Shown: positions 38,177 to 53,240, numbered from the whole stretch's first letter. The stretch is DNA of 63,429 nt, filler included, from Reticulomyxa filosa (GCA_000512085.1; 23 parts of 23 records of this genome joined end to end with filler, not necessarily neighbours in it); one strand, 5' to 3'. Numbers and translations: made by a program. The notes: generated by a model from the sequence alone, not told the origin.

Positions 38177-39046
38177 AATATGCTGATCAAAATCAGACCC
38201 GCCAATGATGTGCACAGAGTCATCATTAGTGTTGACAAGAGCAAAACTTGCACTGCAAGGGGAGGGCAATCGATATGGACATTCGGTCCATTTGTTAGTT
38301 TTGAGCGAATAAACGTATATCTTGTCCAAACACTGATGGTTCTTGCGCCCTCCGAATATCATCAGTAAGTTTTTAACACAAGCATACGAGTAGTTACGAA
38401 CAAATTTCAAATCTGGACAAACAGGAAACTCTTTGTAAGAGAATGTGGATAAAATTTCGTCGTATTGAATGCAAAAAGCATCCCGTGTATGAACAAATAA
38501 TAAATAGTGATACATTCGAACAAGACAATATGAGCCGTCTATGCAATTTATTGGCAGCTGTCCTTGCCCAACCTGTTCCAAGGAGTGCACATTGACAACC
38601 CGAATACGGCCAAGAGGACACACGTAAAATAACAGTTGGTTTTTGCTACCACCAATTACTGCGTGGACTGGCATATCCATATCCTCGGGGTCAATCACAT
38701 TGTGAAAAGTTCGCTGCCAAATGTTCCTTCGATTATTTTTCTCATCCCACACACTTCGGTATCTCATCATCAATGTTACCCTATTTGATCCCCCAAAAGA
38801 AAAAAGGGTTATTTGGTTCCTGTCACCTTTACATTTTATTACCACTTGATTCTCGATTTCAACGTCTTCCGGATAACTACATATTAATTTGTAACGTTGT
38901 TGTGTCAAGTGGTACGAATAACACACGTTGGTATTTGCACTCCCGCAAATCAATATTTCTTGATTAAATAACACACATTGAGGAAAATTGAATTTAAACG
39001 GCAACGGAGGTAATGTTTTAAACACATTATCACTTGACATTGACAA
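38177..39046 (-). CDS. Kelch-like beta-propeller protein
   Basis: LPPLPFKFNFPQCVLFNQEILICG, LFSFGG, AVIGG, LMIFGG...IYVYSLKTNKW and VHIIGG blades. Confidence 0.85.
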
Positions 39047-39537
39047 GGTTCAGAAAATTTTTTTTTGTTACTTTTTCCCTGATCAAATTGGATACATATA
39101 TACAATGCTAAAAACCGAAAAAAATTTCTCTTACATTTTGTTTTGTATTTATTTGTTTTCAATATATTACCACAAAACTTTAAAAAAAAAAAAAGAGTGT
39201 TAACAAAAGTTCAAATGATAAGCCCTAGAAAAAAAAAGAATTCATATGTTCTGGTGATGTTCCGCAGAAAGATATGAATTTGCTGACTTTGAAAGACGCA
39301 TTCTTATAGAAAGAAAAATGCTGGATTAAGGACAGGCAAGTGCACGCGTCAAAAGTAAACCCGTGACAGACAAACGGAAAAAAAGGATATGGAAGAAGAA
39401 AGGAGAAAAGAATGTCAAGAACGAAGAAGGTAAAAACAGGTTTCGATAAAAGGTATTGTGGATGAAACCAACTTAAGGATAATGAAAGGATGAGCAAGAG
39501 CTTTATTCCCTTCCAAAGACATTTTCGTACGTCTCAA

Positions 39538-40807
39538 CTATTTCTTTGAGTTTACGAGTGAATTCTCGAGCCTTGAAGAGAATTTGATTGCAGCGTTCCT
39601 CTTTTTTTTCATATTTTTTCTTCCACTCGGAAAGCTCGCTTCTGTGAAATGAAACATCAAAACACCAAAGCATAAAAAAGAAGAATGAAAGATGGAAAAA
39701 TCAAGTGATATTATTATAGCAAACACAAATAAGCCAATAACATGGATTCTCTTTGTGTAAGTAAAGGACGGGATCTCCCCCTTTCGCCAAGTCCAACCGA
39801 GCTAGCCCTCTTGATTTTTTCTTTGATTTTTGTATCTTTATTTGCGTCTTTATTATCTTTATTTGCGTCTTTATTATCTTTATCTTTATCAGTGTCTATG
39901 TCTATGTCTATGTCTTTGTCTTTGTTTTTAGCTTTACTTTTACCCTTGGATCGGCCATCCTTTGCTTCTTTCTTTTTTTTTTGTCGTCTTTCTCGACTTT
40001 CTCTTTTTTCTTGTCTTTTTTATTTTCTTTATCTTTTTGTTTTTTTTTTGTTTTTTTTTCTTATCTTCATTGCTGGCACTTTCGTCATTTTCGTTTTCAC
40101 CCTCTTCCGAGTCGTTTTTTATTGCAAGAGTTTGTTTGTGCGCCTCGTCGTGACTGAGTGGCGTCTGTTCTTTGGTCGAGACAGACTTTTGGGCGATTTT
40201 GGGTCTCTTTTTTTGTGTTTGCAAAATCAAATTGATAGTTGCGCCTGTTCCCGTCGATTTCTCTTCCGTGTTTTCCACACTGTTCTTCTTTAAGCTTTGT
40301 ACCATCGCAATCGCCGTCGTCATCGTTGGCGGCGTCACGTAGTGACCTGGAACCGACAGCGCATTGACAGCAGCGTCCGGAAACACCACCTCTTCCAACA
40401 CTTTTTGACGCAAAGCACTCGCGCTTGCTTTGCGTTTCGGTGTCGTCTTGCCCTGTTTTTTCCTCTCTTCGATTTCCTTTTCAGTCAATCGAGGACGTCC
40501 TCGTTTACGTTTCACTTCCGGTTCTTTCTCCTCTTTTTCTTTTTCTTTTTCTTTTTCTTTTTCCTTTTCTTTTTTATCTTCGCTCATCTTTTTTTGTGGC
40601 TTGTTCTTTTCCTTACTACTGCCTACGTGCTTTGCACGCTTGGGATTGGGCGGATCGTTCCCGCTTTGTTCTGCTGCTTTGCTGTCCGTTGTGTCGGCTT
40701 CATGTTTTTTGTCCAAGTCAGGGCTGCGCTTTCTTTTTTTCGGCTTGGCTGTCTTTGGTATGCTGCTTTCTTTCTCTGTCACTTCTGGATTTGCTCTTTC
40801 ATCATTT
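39538..40807 (-). CDS. Lys/Glu-rich nuclear protein with AT-hook (partial; apparent frameshift in an A-run near 39960-40050)
   Basis: 280-aa frame with KRKRGRPR AT-hook, NLS-like basic clusters and (KE)n. Confidence 0.7.
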
Positions 40808-40907
40808 NNNNNNNNNNNNNNNNNNNNNNNNNNNNNNNNNNNNNNNNNNNNTTAATTAATTAANNNNNNNNNNNNNNNNNNNNNNNNNNNNNNNNNNNNN
40901 NNNNNNN

Positions 40908-42494
40908 CAAGCAAGCAAGCAAACAAACGAACAAACAAACAAATAAAAGTGGGAGTTTACATACAACCGCACTTGTGCTGGTGGTGGTGGTACAGATCGT
41001 GTTAGTAAGCTTGCCGTGGTGGTAGTGCTCTCCACAGGTGCAATGGACGATGTTGGAGCTGGGGTTGCTGGCGCAGTTCCGGCATGACCCAATTGATACT
41101 TTGTGCGTTTGGTCTGCGAGCCTGGAACTGATCGACGTCGCATTTTGAAAAACTTTAATTGCTCGTTTACTTGTTGATTGTATGATTCTTGTTCCAGTTG
41201 TTGTCTTTGTCTGTTTATTTTTTCCAATTTCATGTCCCCCCCAATTCAAAAAAAAAAATTTTTTTTTGGTTCATTTTTTAGTTTATTCATTGGTTTGGAA
41301 AAATTGATATGTTATTTATTCAAAGAGAGTGCAATGCTATTGTGATTAAAAATACTATGAAAGGAGGAGGGAGGTGGAAGGGTCATCCCCTCTCCCCTAT
41401 GGTAACATTAATTAAGTGATGAATATTCTTTTTTTTTTTCTTTTTAAATAACTGGCTCTCAGTTGGCTTTTGGGAAACTTTTGAAGGGACACTGTTGTCC
41501 GGAACAGTAGGTCTCTGCAATGGACTGAATTGACCGTAATTGTATCTACTGTTTTTGTCAGTTGTGTTACCAGGCGCAACTACGTCGCGAACGAGCAGTG
41601 GCTTGGCCACTTGCACGGAGGTGTTGATGTTCAGCGGAGACTTTATGATCACATTTTCAATATCGTCGCTTGCCGAACTGCTGTTCTTTCTGTTCGCTTC
41701 TTCTTCTTCTTCTTCTTCTTCTTCCTCTGCTTCGTCCTCAGTCCCATCTTCTTCTTCCATTTCCTCATCCTCATTGTCACTCATTGCCTGAAGTTTATTG
41801 TTACTGTTACTGTTACTGCTACTGCTTTGATTTGGCGCCATCTCGTCTCCTTCTTGTCCAGATCTTTCGGATGTGTACATATATAAATGTATGCATGTAT
41901 ACACATATACATAGTTTCATATACATATTTATATCCAAAACAAAAAAAAAAAAAAAAAGGGGCTTTTTAAAAAGTGTTAACAATGAAGGCATGGTATCTT
42001 CATCCAAGTTTTGAGAGTTGTTCGCGGAATGTCTCCTTGCTTTCTTTGATCTTACATTTGCTCTTACGTCTCGTATTGGTAGCCAGGCGCTATATTGCTT
42101 TTGCTGATTTTCTCCAAAATATGTCAAATCGATTTTACACTCGCCCAAGTACTTGTCCGACAGCTTACGAGATTTCCTTCCTTTTTGATACACTTCAATT
42201 ACCAACGACCCCGTCTCCAGATAGTTCTTTGAAATTTTGCTTTGTGTGTTTATTTGTTGCTCATGAACAATTTACAACGCTTGTGCTATTTAGAGCATAC
42301 ACAATAAAAGGTGCTTACAAGGTATGACTTTCATTCCACAAAGGGTCGCTTGTCTTGTGCTTCTTGACAGATTTACCTTTCCAAACCAATGAAGAATCAT
42401 TTACGTTGATATTTCGCAATTGAGCTTTGAAATAAGAATAGCAGGGCGGAAGTCCAGTGGCCTCAACCACCCGCACATGCAGGTAGGAGGACAT
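40908..42494 (-). CDS. C2-domain protein, multi-exon, partial
   Basis: LHVRVVEATGL...KTSDPLWNE...IEVY...DKYLGECKIDL...WLPI is a C2 fold pattern, followed by acidic low-complexity exons. Confidence 0.85.
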
Positions 42495-43031
42495 ATTTCT
42501 ATTTTTCACCTGTTTTATACAACCTTTTTTCTGTTTTTGTACTGTTAATATAGCATTTCTTCATTATTTCAATATTTTTTCACAATATATGTTTCTAAAA
42601 TTTACTTTTAAATTACAAAATACAAACTAATCTTTCTATAACTAGAAAATTTGAGTGCTGCAAATTTTTAACATTCTTCGACCCTAAAAATTTTAGAAGA
42701 TTTTGCGAGCGAAACGGATAGTCGTTTTTACACAACATTAAAAGTTAGCACAGTAACTTTTAAGCAAAAGCAAGCTTCTTTCTTTTAATCATATACTCAA
42801 TTAAATTTCTGACACCCGTAGAAATCACAAACGCGATAAAATAGATGAAAAGTGAGTGAAGTTTTGCGTTAGAACCCTCATGTTAATCTTTATCATTCTC
42901 ATGGCCTCAATATTGCAAGAATTACACAATTAATTTTGAAAAACTGAGGTGATTTAATAATAACAATAAAAACTTCAAGTATTTTAACTGTGGGAAAGTG
43001 AAGAAAACCAAACAAACGTTGATACAAAGCA

Positions 43032-45463
43032 ATGAACGGTTTCAGTGATGTCGAAACAGCGATTAATCAATCACTAAATCAGTTTCCCGATATAGAAGAA
43101 TCAACCAAAAGATTCTTGCAGGAATCAGTGATTCAACTATACCAATTGGCACTAACGACAAGTGAAGATGAAGAAAATATGACACATGCTCAAAGGATGC
43201 CAAAAGTTGAATACATCGACAGAAAAAAAAATATTGATTTCATATAAGTCGACCAAAAGCAAAAGGAAGGGAAAAGAAGAAGAAAAAAACTGATTCCATT
43301 ATGCATCACTTTTTTTTTTTTTTTTTGGAAAAAAATAGAAATCTACCGATCCTTTTGATCGATGTTTGCAGGAAGAGCATCAATTGGATTTGTTGCGTGA
43401 GTGGTTATCGAACATAATATCTCCGCAAATGTTACCCTCATTTACAACTGTACTAATTAAACTAATGGAATGGATAGCAAGCCACCCACCCATGCAAAAA
43501 AAAAAAGCCGTCACAAGCAGCGCAGAACAAATGAGCGTGGAGACAACGACAATCAAGATTTAAGAATGGTAGATCATTTTCTTTTATGTTCCATTTTTTT
43601 TTTTTTTTAAAAAAAAAAGCGTTCCTTCAAAAACTACGTATAACCAACCCACCAAAAAAAAAAAAATTATTTTTTTTTACCCCTCTTCAAAGAAACAGGT
43701 GGGGAGGAAATTTCATAATGAGTAATTCTTTTTTTTTTTTTTTTTTTTAAAAAAAAAGTTCATTTATGCAAAAATGGACAAAGCGGACAAACTCACATGA
43801 CGGACAAGACACAGCGAACGACAAAGGAAGCCGAGACACGGACAAGAATGAGCCGAAACAACAGGACGACAGCAACAACAATGACACTAGTGACGACCAA
43901 AACGACAATGAAATGAACGAAGAAAAGAAAGTAAAAACGCATCAGGAGATAAACAGCTCGAATGACAAAGAAAAGTACGACAAACACAAAAAGCGACCAT
44001 TTGAAGTCGCACCACCCTACCCCACGCTAAGCGTCTATGAACAAAAACGAATGGCTTTGAAAACGCAGACGAGCGGGTTTGACATCTTATTTAATGTGAA
44101 AAAAGAAAAAAGTAGTCACGTGCCGGATACCATTGGCGCACTTAAAATACGTAACACGTACCAATCAACAACGAATGGTCAAATATCATCTTTCCCCCAA
44201 AAACGGATGCCAAACTCAAAAAAAACTACAACGACAACGACGACAATGACGACAACTATGACTGCGACGACAATGCCGGCGGCGATGGCAACAACGCCCA
44301 GCGGATACAACTGGCCTTTGCTACATGAAAACAACGAGACCAGACAAGAAGATGAGTGGACGGATGTGAGCGTTTCCAAGTCGTTTGAGACGTATCAATG
44401 GATTTGCGTGTGTATGCTTCAAACACTCACGCGGGTCATTCAGCATATATTGGAGATACATCAATACGATTGCGACATTGTGTTCACTGCAGAATTTGAT
44501 GACATTGTCAATGACGTCATTTCCTTTGCCTTTGAGCGATTGAACGCTGAACATAAAAAAGAATTACGGGATAGTGTGGCTGAGTTGCTTGGGTTTGTTT
44601 TATTATTATTATTATTATTTTTTTGTTGTTGTTATTGTTGCTAAAAAGGTGGTCTGTTTTGGTATATGAAACGAATGAACCATACTGGAACTTTTTTTTT
44701 TTTTGAAAACTCATGACTAGTGTAATTTCTCGGAAATATCTGAACTTCATTTGTAATCGTATTTTAGCTTTATGGGATAGTTGGGTTAGCGGATTTATAA
44801 CTTCCAACAAAGATATCCAACAGTTTGTCATCTTGCATCAGTGCATACAGAATTTGCATTTTGAGAGCCATGGCAGGTCCAAAACCCATGTCATGAATTA
44901 TCTCATGGAACTAGTTTACTATTCATATACATACCGTATTTCTATGTGTGTACATTTTTTTTTTCTTCCCCCCCCCCCCCCCCCTCCTTTTCAAGAAGGA
45001 GTAATGAGCAAAACGGAAACCAAAAAAAAAAAAAAAAAGTGCATGAGAATGCAAAGAACTACTCGCACTGTGCTACGGGAACAAATTTGTCGATCCCTCA
45101 TGGCAATATTTGATAATATAACTCCGTTTCAGAACGGTAGTGAATCGAAAGACGACGAGGAAAATAAAGATATGGGTGGTAGCGAATTATTGATCAGTGA
45201 GACTGCAATTGACAAAGAATCTGAAAGCCATTAGTTGATTTGTCTGTTTGATTTGCGTTTTGCTTTCTAATTTTCCAAAAAAAAAAAAAAAAAAAACGAA
45301 CCTCGAGCGTAGAACATTCCTTTGCTTGGGATTGATATTACATGTACATACACATATACATATAATACACGTTTGTAATTGGGAATGTTGTACAAATAGT
45401 ATCGAACAAAATAAGACGGAAGAAAAAGAACCAAGAGAAATTAATGACATTAAAGCCACAGTA
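43032..45463 (+). CDS. Furry/Tao3/Mor2-like scaffold protein, N-terminal exons
   Basis: DPFDRCL, LPSFTTVLIKLMEW, DVISFAFERL, DSVAELLG|VISRKYL and REQICRSLMAIF parallel the MOR2-PAG1 N-terminal region as I recall it. Similarity judged by eye only. Confidence 0.55.
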
Positions 45464-46752
45464 NNNNNNNNNNNNNNNNNNNNNNNNNNNNNNNNNNNNN
45501 NNNNNNNTTAATTAATTAANNNNNNNNNNNNNNNNNNNNNNNNNNNNNNNNNNNNNNNNNNNNATATTATCTACATATTTATTGTGCTCTTTACATTTTT
45601 GTTCAAGTACTTGAAAAACTATCAATAATTTAGGCGATTGTATTCGATAGAAGCAACTGTAACACAAGAATGAAAGAATAATAAACACAGTACAGTAAGC
45701 ACAAAGATTTATTCAACAAGACATGAAAAATTACAAATTAGGGTGACAAGACTAAATATAATAAACAGTTCTGATGCCGAAATTAAATAAAAATTGAAAT
45801 TAATACGTAAGCAAAACTATGTACGTCATTACACATCAAGAGCCAACGAATAAAAAAAACCTAGTGTCACGAAACTAACAAAAAATAGTAATTATAATAT
45901 ACGTTATTTTGTTTCAATAAAAAAATATTCACTAGTTATTAGAAATCAAATCGACAATATAAACGGCGTTCATAATGTAAGCATTTAATAAAAAAATTTA
46001 TACTAATAAAATTCCATTAACTTTTTTTTCAAATACATACACAACATTTCGAGGTATCTATTGATTTTGAATATATAGTATCAACTTCAGTATAAACGCG
46101 TACCACTTATATATTTTAAAAAAGCTTTCTAATTTTCACAACACAATATAAAATTGCAATAACGTTGTAATACTTTTTTCCAACAATTTATACTTGAGGA
46201 TTTGATTCTAAATCTAAATATGCAAATTGTGCAATTAAATTTTCTCAAACTTAGTCTCTTTTTGTAACTTTGCTTGCATCTTTTCGTTTATGCATCAATT
46301 TGTGCATCTTGAAATATTTCAATATTTGGTGTTTCCTAATCGACTAAGTTTTTGAAACTTGTATTAAATACGATATAGTTTGTTAATGTAACATCTTTGA
46401 GAATATCATTTCAGTACCTTGTCTGTATATGATATTACTTTTTATTGTGCCCTTAGTTGATGAAAAATCTCTCTTTGTTTTTTTCGACAATATGTCCAGT
46501 TTGTTATTTGCAATTAAACAGTTTGACCAACTAAACTTTGTATAATTTCTTTATGCAACAATTTGTTTTATTTTATTTTAAACTAAAAAAAGCTGAATTG
46601 CAAGATGGGGATTTTTGAATTTCTGTAATTTGTTTCAAGAGTGGCAGATTAAGGGAATGTGTAGATTTGTAAAAGGATGATGAGAAAAAAAAACAAGGAT
46701 AAGATATTGGAGCGAATAAATAAATGAGGGGGGGGTAGTGAAAGAAAGAATG

Positions 46753-48189
46753 CTAACCCTTTCTGGCTTGTCGAAGCTGATAGATGATCTTTTTGCAAAG
46801 TAAAAATTTGGCAAAAGACCATCTCTCAGTTTTCCACATACACTTAGTAACTCCCTCCATGACATTTCTGCTGTCAGGCGCAGCATGAATGGACGAACAT
46901 GGATCGACAGCACCCACAAAATACTCGCTGTCAAGATAGCTGCGATTGCCAAATGTCAGCGCGACCATTACCAATGCAGCCAGTAAGCAAAATCTCTTCA
47001 CATATTTTGCAATATCATGTCGACCTTTTTTTTTTTTTTTTTTTTTGCGATCACAAACATGCAACAACAAAAACAAATAATAACAAATAAAGAGAAATGC
47101 AAACCAGAGCGAGCCCAAACACTAATCGGAAATGAGAAGACAAGTGTCAACATGCCAAAGAAGAATGGAGCTCGTCTCGTGACTGATCGGATTATATATG
47201 TGTGTATGCAATACCATATTTGCGGTGGAAAGAAGAGAGAAGAGAGTAGTAGGGAGGTGTGACACACACAAGACAACGGCTTTACTCATTAACCAGAGCA
47301 TTCTCGCATTTCTGGAGTGTATATTCCACTATAACGTTGTCGAAGAGCGCGGCATTGCAAATTCACGATATCTTCTCCTTCCCCGATATGCATACCTAAA
47401 TTAAAATTACAAAAAAAAAAAAAAAAAAAAAGTTGTATTTTTTTTTTTTTTTGAAGTCTAAAAAGAGATCTTAGCATGATGCCATTAATGTATACATATA
47501 TATATGTATATATATGTATATATATGTGTATGTATACCATAAAAACACGCAGCAAGCATGGCATAGAAATTGCTGGTGTATGGAGCAGTGGACAAGACAA
47601 AGTGAAGAGCAGTGAGATTGTTGGCAACTTTGCTGAAGGGATTGTTCCAAAAAGGTTGAAAGATCCAACTTCCATAATAATGCCAACGAATGAATAGGGC
47701 TGGGAGAATGCAATGTCCAAGACAATGTAGATATGACAGTCCATGAGTCAGGCAACTGTTTTCCACGACTCATTCTTTGTCACTCTATTTTTTTTTTTGG
47801 TGTTCGTTCGGATTGCAAAGTGCGATACTTATTGTTCCATCAAAAAAAAAAAAAAAGATAGAGACATAGACACTAGTAAAGCTAAACAAATTGGAAATAG
47901 ACCCATGAGACCAATGTTGGAAAAAGAAACGTGGCAATGGAGCTACAAAGTTCCACCAAAGAATATAGCAGTAAAGAGTTTTTTCGTGAGGACCCAACAC
48001 AATGTCTTTGAGACGCCACGGGAGGTAATCTCGAAAGATTGATTGGTTATTGCTTTCTTTTGGCATTGCCCCGCTGCGATAGCTGTAGTAGGGCCTGGAT
48101 TTGTCATTGGAATAGTACCACAGTTTCCAAAGTCGGATTATTGCTTCGATTTCTTCCGATTTTTTTTTTCTTTTATCGTCATTGCTCAT
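46753..48189 (-). CDS. Multi-exon hypothetical protein
   Basis: Several GC-richer open segments separated by homopolymer/(TA)n introns. No family recognised. Confidence 0.45.
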
Positions 48190-49689
48190 ATTATTAATAT
48201 TATTAATAATAATATTATTNNNNNNNNNNNNNNNNNNNNNNNNNNNNNNNNNNNNNNNNNNNNTTAATTAATTAANNNNNNNNNNNNNNNNNNNNNNNNN
48301 NNNNNNNNNNNNNNNNNNNTACAAAATTCTATTATGTTTTTAGCAGTTTGTCAAAATTGTTGCTTTGAAAGTGTTTTCTTCTATACACAAATTGTAATAA
48401 ATTACCCAACTTTGATTTCCTTTGTGACCTGTTGAAAAGGAAAATAAATTGTCAAATTTGTTGAAAAATTTTCAATAAGAAAGGTGATAATGGAAAAAGG
48501 TTGACTGTCATGTAAATATTTGTGTTCTTGACAAGTAATTGTGTGCAAGATTGAACTTTAATGAAATATTCTAATTCCCGAACAATAATAAAAGAGTTTA
48601 AACAATGCAATAGCAATATACTAAGCATTCACTTTGTTTGTGAGTATCGCAAAAGTGTGTATACATGCAAAAAACAGCCTGACTTCAATCATTTTTTTTT
48701 AGATAGCATCAAATATTTATTAGAAAAAAAAAGCTATTATTATTGTCCACACAAACACAATATGTAACATTTAGATGTTTTGATGTCTCATAAACAGACA
48801 TTATTGTTATGTGAGGCGAACATAAATGTCGATCATCATTAAATGTTGAGAATTCAATTCCAACAACGCCACTAGTGTAATTGAATTGATGAAATTTGTA
48901 GTTACTTTCAATATCCCAAAAACTAATGATTTTTCATCATGACTGTCATTGTCATCTTTGTTGACCTCTTCTTCATGCTCGTCTTTTTCGTCATTTTCAT
49001 TCGAATCGTTTTTTTTAACCCTTGTTTTACTATTCATATTTGTATCATCTCTTCTTATCCTTTTTTTTGGAATTCAGAGTCCTTTGTTCATTTTCATGGA
49101 CAAAGAATTTGTACATTTCCCAACTTCCAATCGCCAATATTACTGTCATTTTGCTTTCATTGGCTTCATTGACTTCAAGCTCTACTTCTTCCTAATCCTT
49201 TTTTTCTTTATCGTCTTGTTGTTCCTTTCTGTTACACGTATTCTTTTTGTCATCTCTCCCACATGACGGCAAGAGGATAGTACTCGAAGTCTTTTTTGCA
49301 GGAATAGTGGCAAGAATTAATCCATATTTCGCATACGCTTAAGCGAGACTCTTTTGGAGCACTTAATGTCTAATGTTATTGTTTTTTTTCTAATAGAATA
49401 GGCAAAATTAGTCTATTGCATATTACCACACGCAATTAACTCCAGTTATCAGTTTTTCAAAAACACAAGTGAAAACTATAAAAGAAAGTCGAAAATATGT
49501 AGATAGATTCGATTTGGTTTATTGATTTAAAATGTTAAAATTCAGAAATTTTTTGCGATGAATATAGTTTGATGAAAGATATCATATGAGCTGGATGAAG
49601 GACATTGAAATTATTGTTTAAAAAAAAAATCAAAAGAAACTACAATCAGGACAAAGCAAAAAAACTGAGCCAAGTATCAAATACTTGCA

Positions 49690-51578
49690 ATATATGCCAC
49701 AAACTTGGCGCCGTTTGAGCTTCGCTTCACACCTGCTTGCGGGCACCGCAACCACCACGCCACTTTCCAATTTTCGATAGATAAGCATTGTACCCTTTGG
49801 AGACCTATGTTATATTGTGTGTATTGATCATACATGTTCCAATCACATTATAAAAAAATATTATAACTTGGAACATAGGTTGTTCATATAATCACGATAA
49901 TAATCAGATCACACTTTCAATTTTTTTAAATGTGGATTGAAAGAAAATCTCCAATCATGTAAATTATACGTCATTCAAAGCGCTATACCATGATCGATGT
50001 TCGATGCACGCCGTCACTGAAGTCGACATTTGTTCAATGACGAACAAATTAATTTCATTGGAGAAGTGACAGGAGCGTGTGTTGTAGTGTGGCTCCATGA
50101 TTCGATATATTGTGTTTCTACCAGCAACAATTCGACTATGATGTTGCCATTTTTTTTACTTCGTGTACTGCAGCAACCATTTATATTGCTGCTGTTGTCG
50201 TTGCGGTCACTGTTGCCATTATTGCTGGTGACTCGCTGCAGCACTAATGGGGACTGGAGCAATAACAGCAAGCCCGTGCGATGTCATCAATTGAGTTCTT
50301 GCTGCTTCGATTTCAATGACGATTCCTCCAAGTCCGTTCAATGATCCAAAATAATGGAATACTTGATGAGAGTCTATTGAAAGGCTCGTCCCCTAGAGTT
50401 GCTATTTTTTGAGTGGTGGCCTTGTTAATAACAGACCCTCCCACTTTTTGAATCCGAATGATTCGGTGTTTGGTAACCGAACAATTCGTTCGTATCCATA
50501 GCGACAACGTCTTTGGGAGGGGGCATAATACAATCGACTGCTGGCACTGCCGTTGCCCAGTATCCACCCAGCGGCGTCCCCAACACATCGAAGTGACTCA
50601 TTGCCCTATTTTGTCAAATGGTGGAGCGATTTTTGAATCGTTGATCAAATTACCGACTGGCACGACGTTGTTGCTTTTCGTTACAAATGACGCAGCAACA
50701 TTAGCTCTTCCACGCACACCAAATCAAAATTGCTGGAATACAGCAACGACACCCAAATATTGGTGCACACAACACCAACCCAATTTCGAAACAATTGACC
50801 AATGAAGAGAAAAACATGGACTGCGTTTCGTCGTCGTCGTCATCATCATCATCAATAATCATTGGCACTGCGCTTAATATTGTCACACCTACCAAGTAGC
50901 TTCCATTGGGGGCGCACTATGTGACGTTAGTACATATTTGAGGATCCGCAAAGTCGCCACTCGCATGAAGAACCATTTCATAACCAACTCAGCAAAGTCG
51001 ACAGACAGTCTTTTTATATATATAAAAAAAAAAAAATCCAACGCGGCATGGCCTTGGAATCATCATCCCCTTCATCTTCTTATTTGCTGGCGATCTTGGC
51101 TTGAGTTTCGCACAACTCCTCCGCCAAATTGAGCCATTTTCACATGAACTTTTTTTTTTTTTTTTTTGCATTAGCTTCGTTTTTCTTGCTTTCTTGCGTG
51201 TCATGGCCCAACTTGATTTTTGAGTACGTTAAAGATTCATACACGATTCACAATTCAAAACTCACGTTTGACACGAATCCAACGCAAAAAAAAGTACAAA
51301 TTGGCGACCTGCACGTCATTATTCTCCAATCGATGGGATTGATGCAGCGAATACAAAGTATTACCATCGCATCCACCAAAATCGTCCGTTTGTCCATAAT
51401 CGACCACGGAGACAGTTCAGCAAAGGTAATCAACACTTGTCCAACAAACGTAAGACATACGACTCTTGCAAGCGATGGAGTCAAAAAAGTGAAACAGTTG
51501 TTTCTGCCACTCGTGATTCCTCCAATCATCACATGCACGGTCAGTTTCGATTGTTGTCCGCTCCATAAACTTAACAAC
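49690..51578 (-). pseudogene. Degenerate signalling gene, possibly DEP + RhoGEF(DH)-like
   Basis: NIIVELLLVETQYIES resembles the DH N-terminal motif. DYMNNL follows. Stops and frameshifts. Paralogous to 55080-57105. Confidence 0.4.
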
Positions 51579-51800
51579 NNNNNNNNNNNNNNNNNNNNNN
51601 NNNNNNNNNNNNNNNNNNNNNNTTAATTAATTAANNNNNNNNNNNNNNNNNNNNNNNNNNNNNNNNNNNNNNNNNNNNAAAGAATCTGGTTTGTTTGTAC
51701 CAATGGGAAATATTTTTTATTTATTTATTTTTTTTGCTGAAGGTGTGTTTTTGTCGTTAACGTACTTGTAAATACGTAAGAATGTGATGTGTACATTAAG

Positions 51801-52604
51801 CAAATACCTGAAACATTGTCACCAGAGGTATTAAAAAAAATGCATGTAGTGGATCAAACCTCCGTAAAGGAACATCCATTGGCAAAAATAGAAGATTTAT
51901 TGGAATACGATGGATTTATGTTTGGAATCCCAACCCGATATGGTATGCTTCCAGCACAATGGAAAGCGTTTCTTGATGCGTAAGTAGTTGTGTCCATTTT
52001 TTTTTTTTTTTGGACTGATCTGTCAATCTTGTTTTTGATTTAACAGAGAGTGTCCTTCACTAACATTAACATTAACATAGCACTGGCCAAATGTGGCAAA
52101 AAAGATTATTGGTTGGAAAACCTGTGGGAATGTTTGTTTCTACAAGTACTGTAGCAGGTGAATAAATTATTTTTTTCTGTTTTAATAAATGTTTTAAGGT
52201 ATACTAACATGAGTATGTATGTGTTCGTTCGACTTATGTGGTGCAGGTGGGCAAGAAACTACTGCTCTTACAGCTATTACACAATTGATTCATCATGGTA
52301 TGCTCTTTATACCTATGGGATACACTACACCTGATTTGATGAATTTGACAGAAGTTCACGGTGGAAGGTATTTTTTTAAAAAAAATTTCTTTTTTTGTCC
52401 TCTCTTCCCCCTCCCCCCTATGGCGTATTATGTGTCTATGTTGTGAAAATGGACAAATGAATAAATAGTCCATACGGTGCTAGTACCTTAACGGGACATG
52501 ATGGAAAAAGACAACCATCCGATTTAGAAAAACGTGTGGCTAAACATCAAGGAACTCACGTGGGCAATATTATTTCAGCTCTTGTTGTTGGAAACAAACA
52601 TTAG
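51801..52604 (+). CDS. WrbA/Pst2-type NAD(P)H:quinone oxidoreductase (flavodoxin-like); exons 51801-51979, 52081-52157, 52247-52367, 52469-52604
   Basis: [43 protein letters not shown] and GGSPYGAST motifs joined in frame by three GT-AG introns. Confidence 0.93.
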
Positions 52605-53240
52605 GCAAATGATTTTTTTGGTTTTTATTACTTTTTAAAATTGTTTAAATTAAAGTAAACGTCAACTCTCTTACAAGAATTTCCAATCTTATTTAATTCT
52701 TTTTTTTAATTACACATGCGCTTTTTGTGTGATGATCTAGTTTAAGGCTGGTCTTTGATCATATGATTTTTTGCGGCTTAGATCATTTGAAGCAGACAAT
52801 TCTGTTGAATGAAGGGCGTTTTTGAAAAATAATTAATTTGATGTAAAATTGAAATAAAACATTTGTATTATTGCGAAATTACAAAAAAAAAAGATTTGTT
52901 TGTCAATCTCAAAAGTTAATTTACAATTTCTAAGTTAATGTATACGATCTTAACTTTGAACATAACACAAATAAAACAAAAGATAATGTTACACACACTT
53001 GCTTGTTGATAATTACACAATTAATACAAATATTAGTTTTTTAATAATAATCTCTTGGTTTTCAGAGTCATGCTACAATAAATAATACTAAAACTATGAA
53101 TAAACAATAATTCATGTTAATTTCATGTTCACATTTGACATGAAAGTAGATAGAATCAAGGGGCTTTTTTCGTTTTTCAAAAAAAAAGTTTTAAGTTCAT
53201 CATCATCGTCTTTAAAATCAAAAACAACAAAAGAAGCAAA

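Noticed and set aside
39742-40863. Long Phe/Leu/Ser-rich plus-strand ORFs (similarly 5884-6558 minus and 26065-26745 minus)
   Set aside because: Antisense or off-frame shadows of low-complexity or GC-rich real genes.
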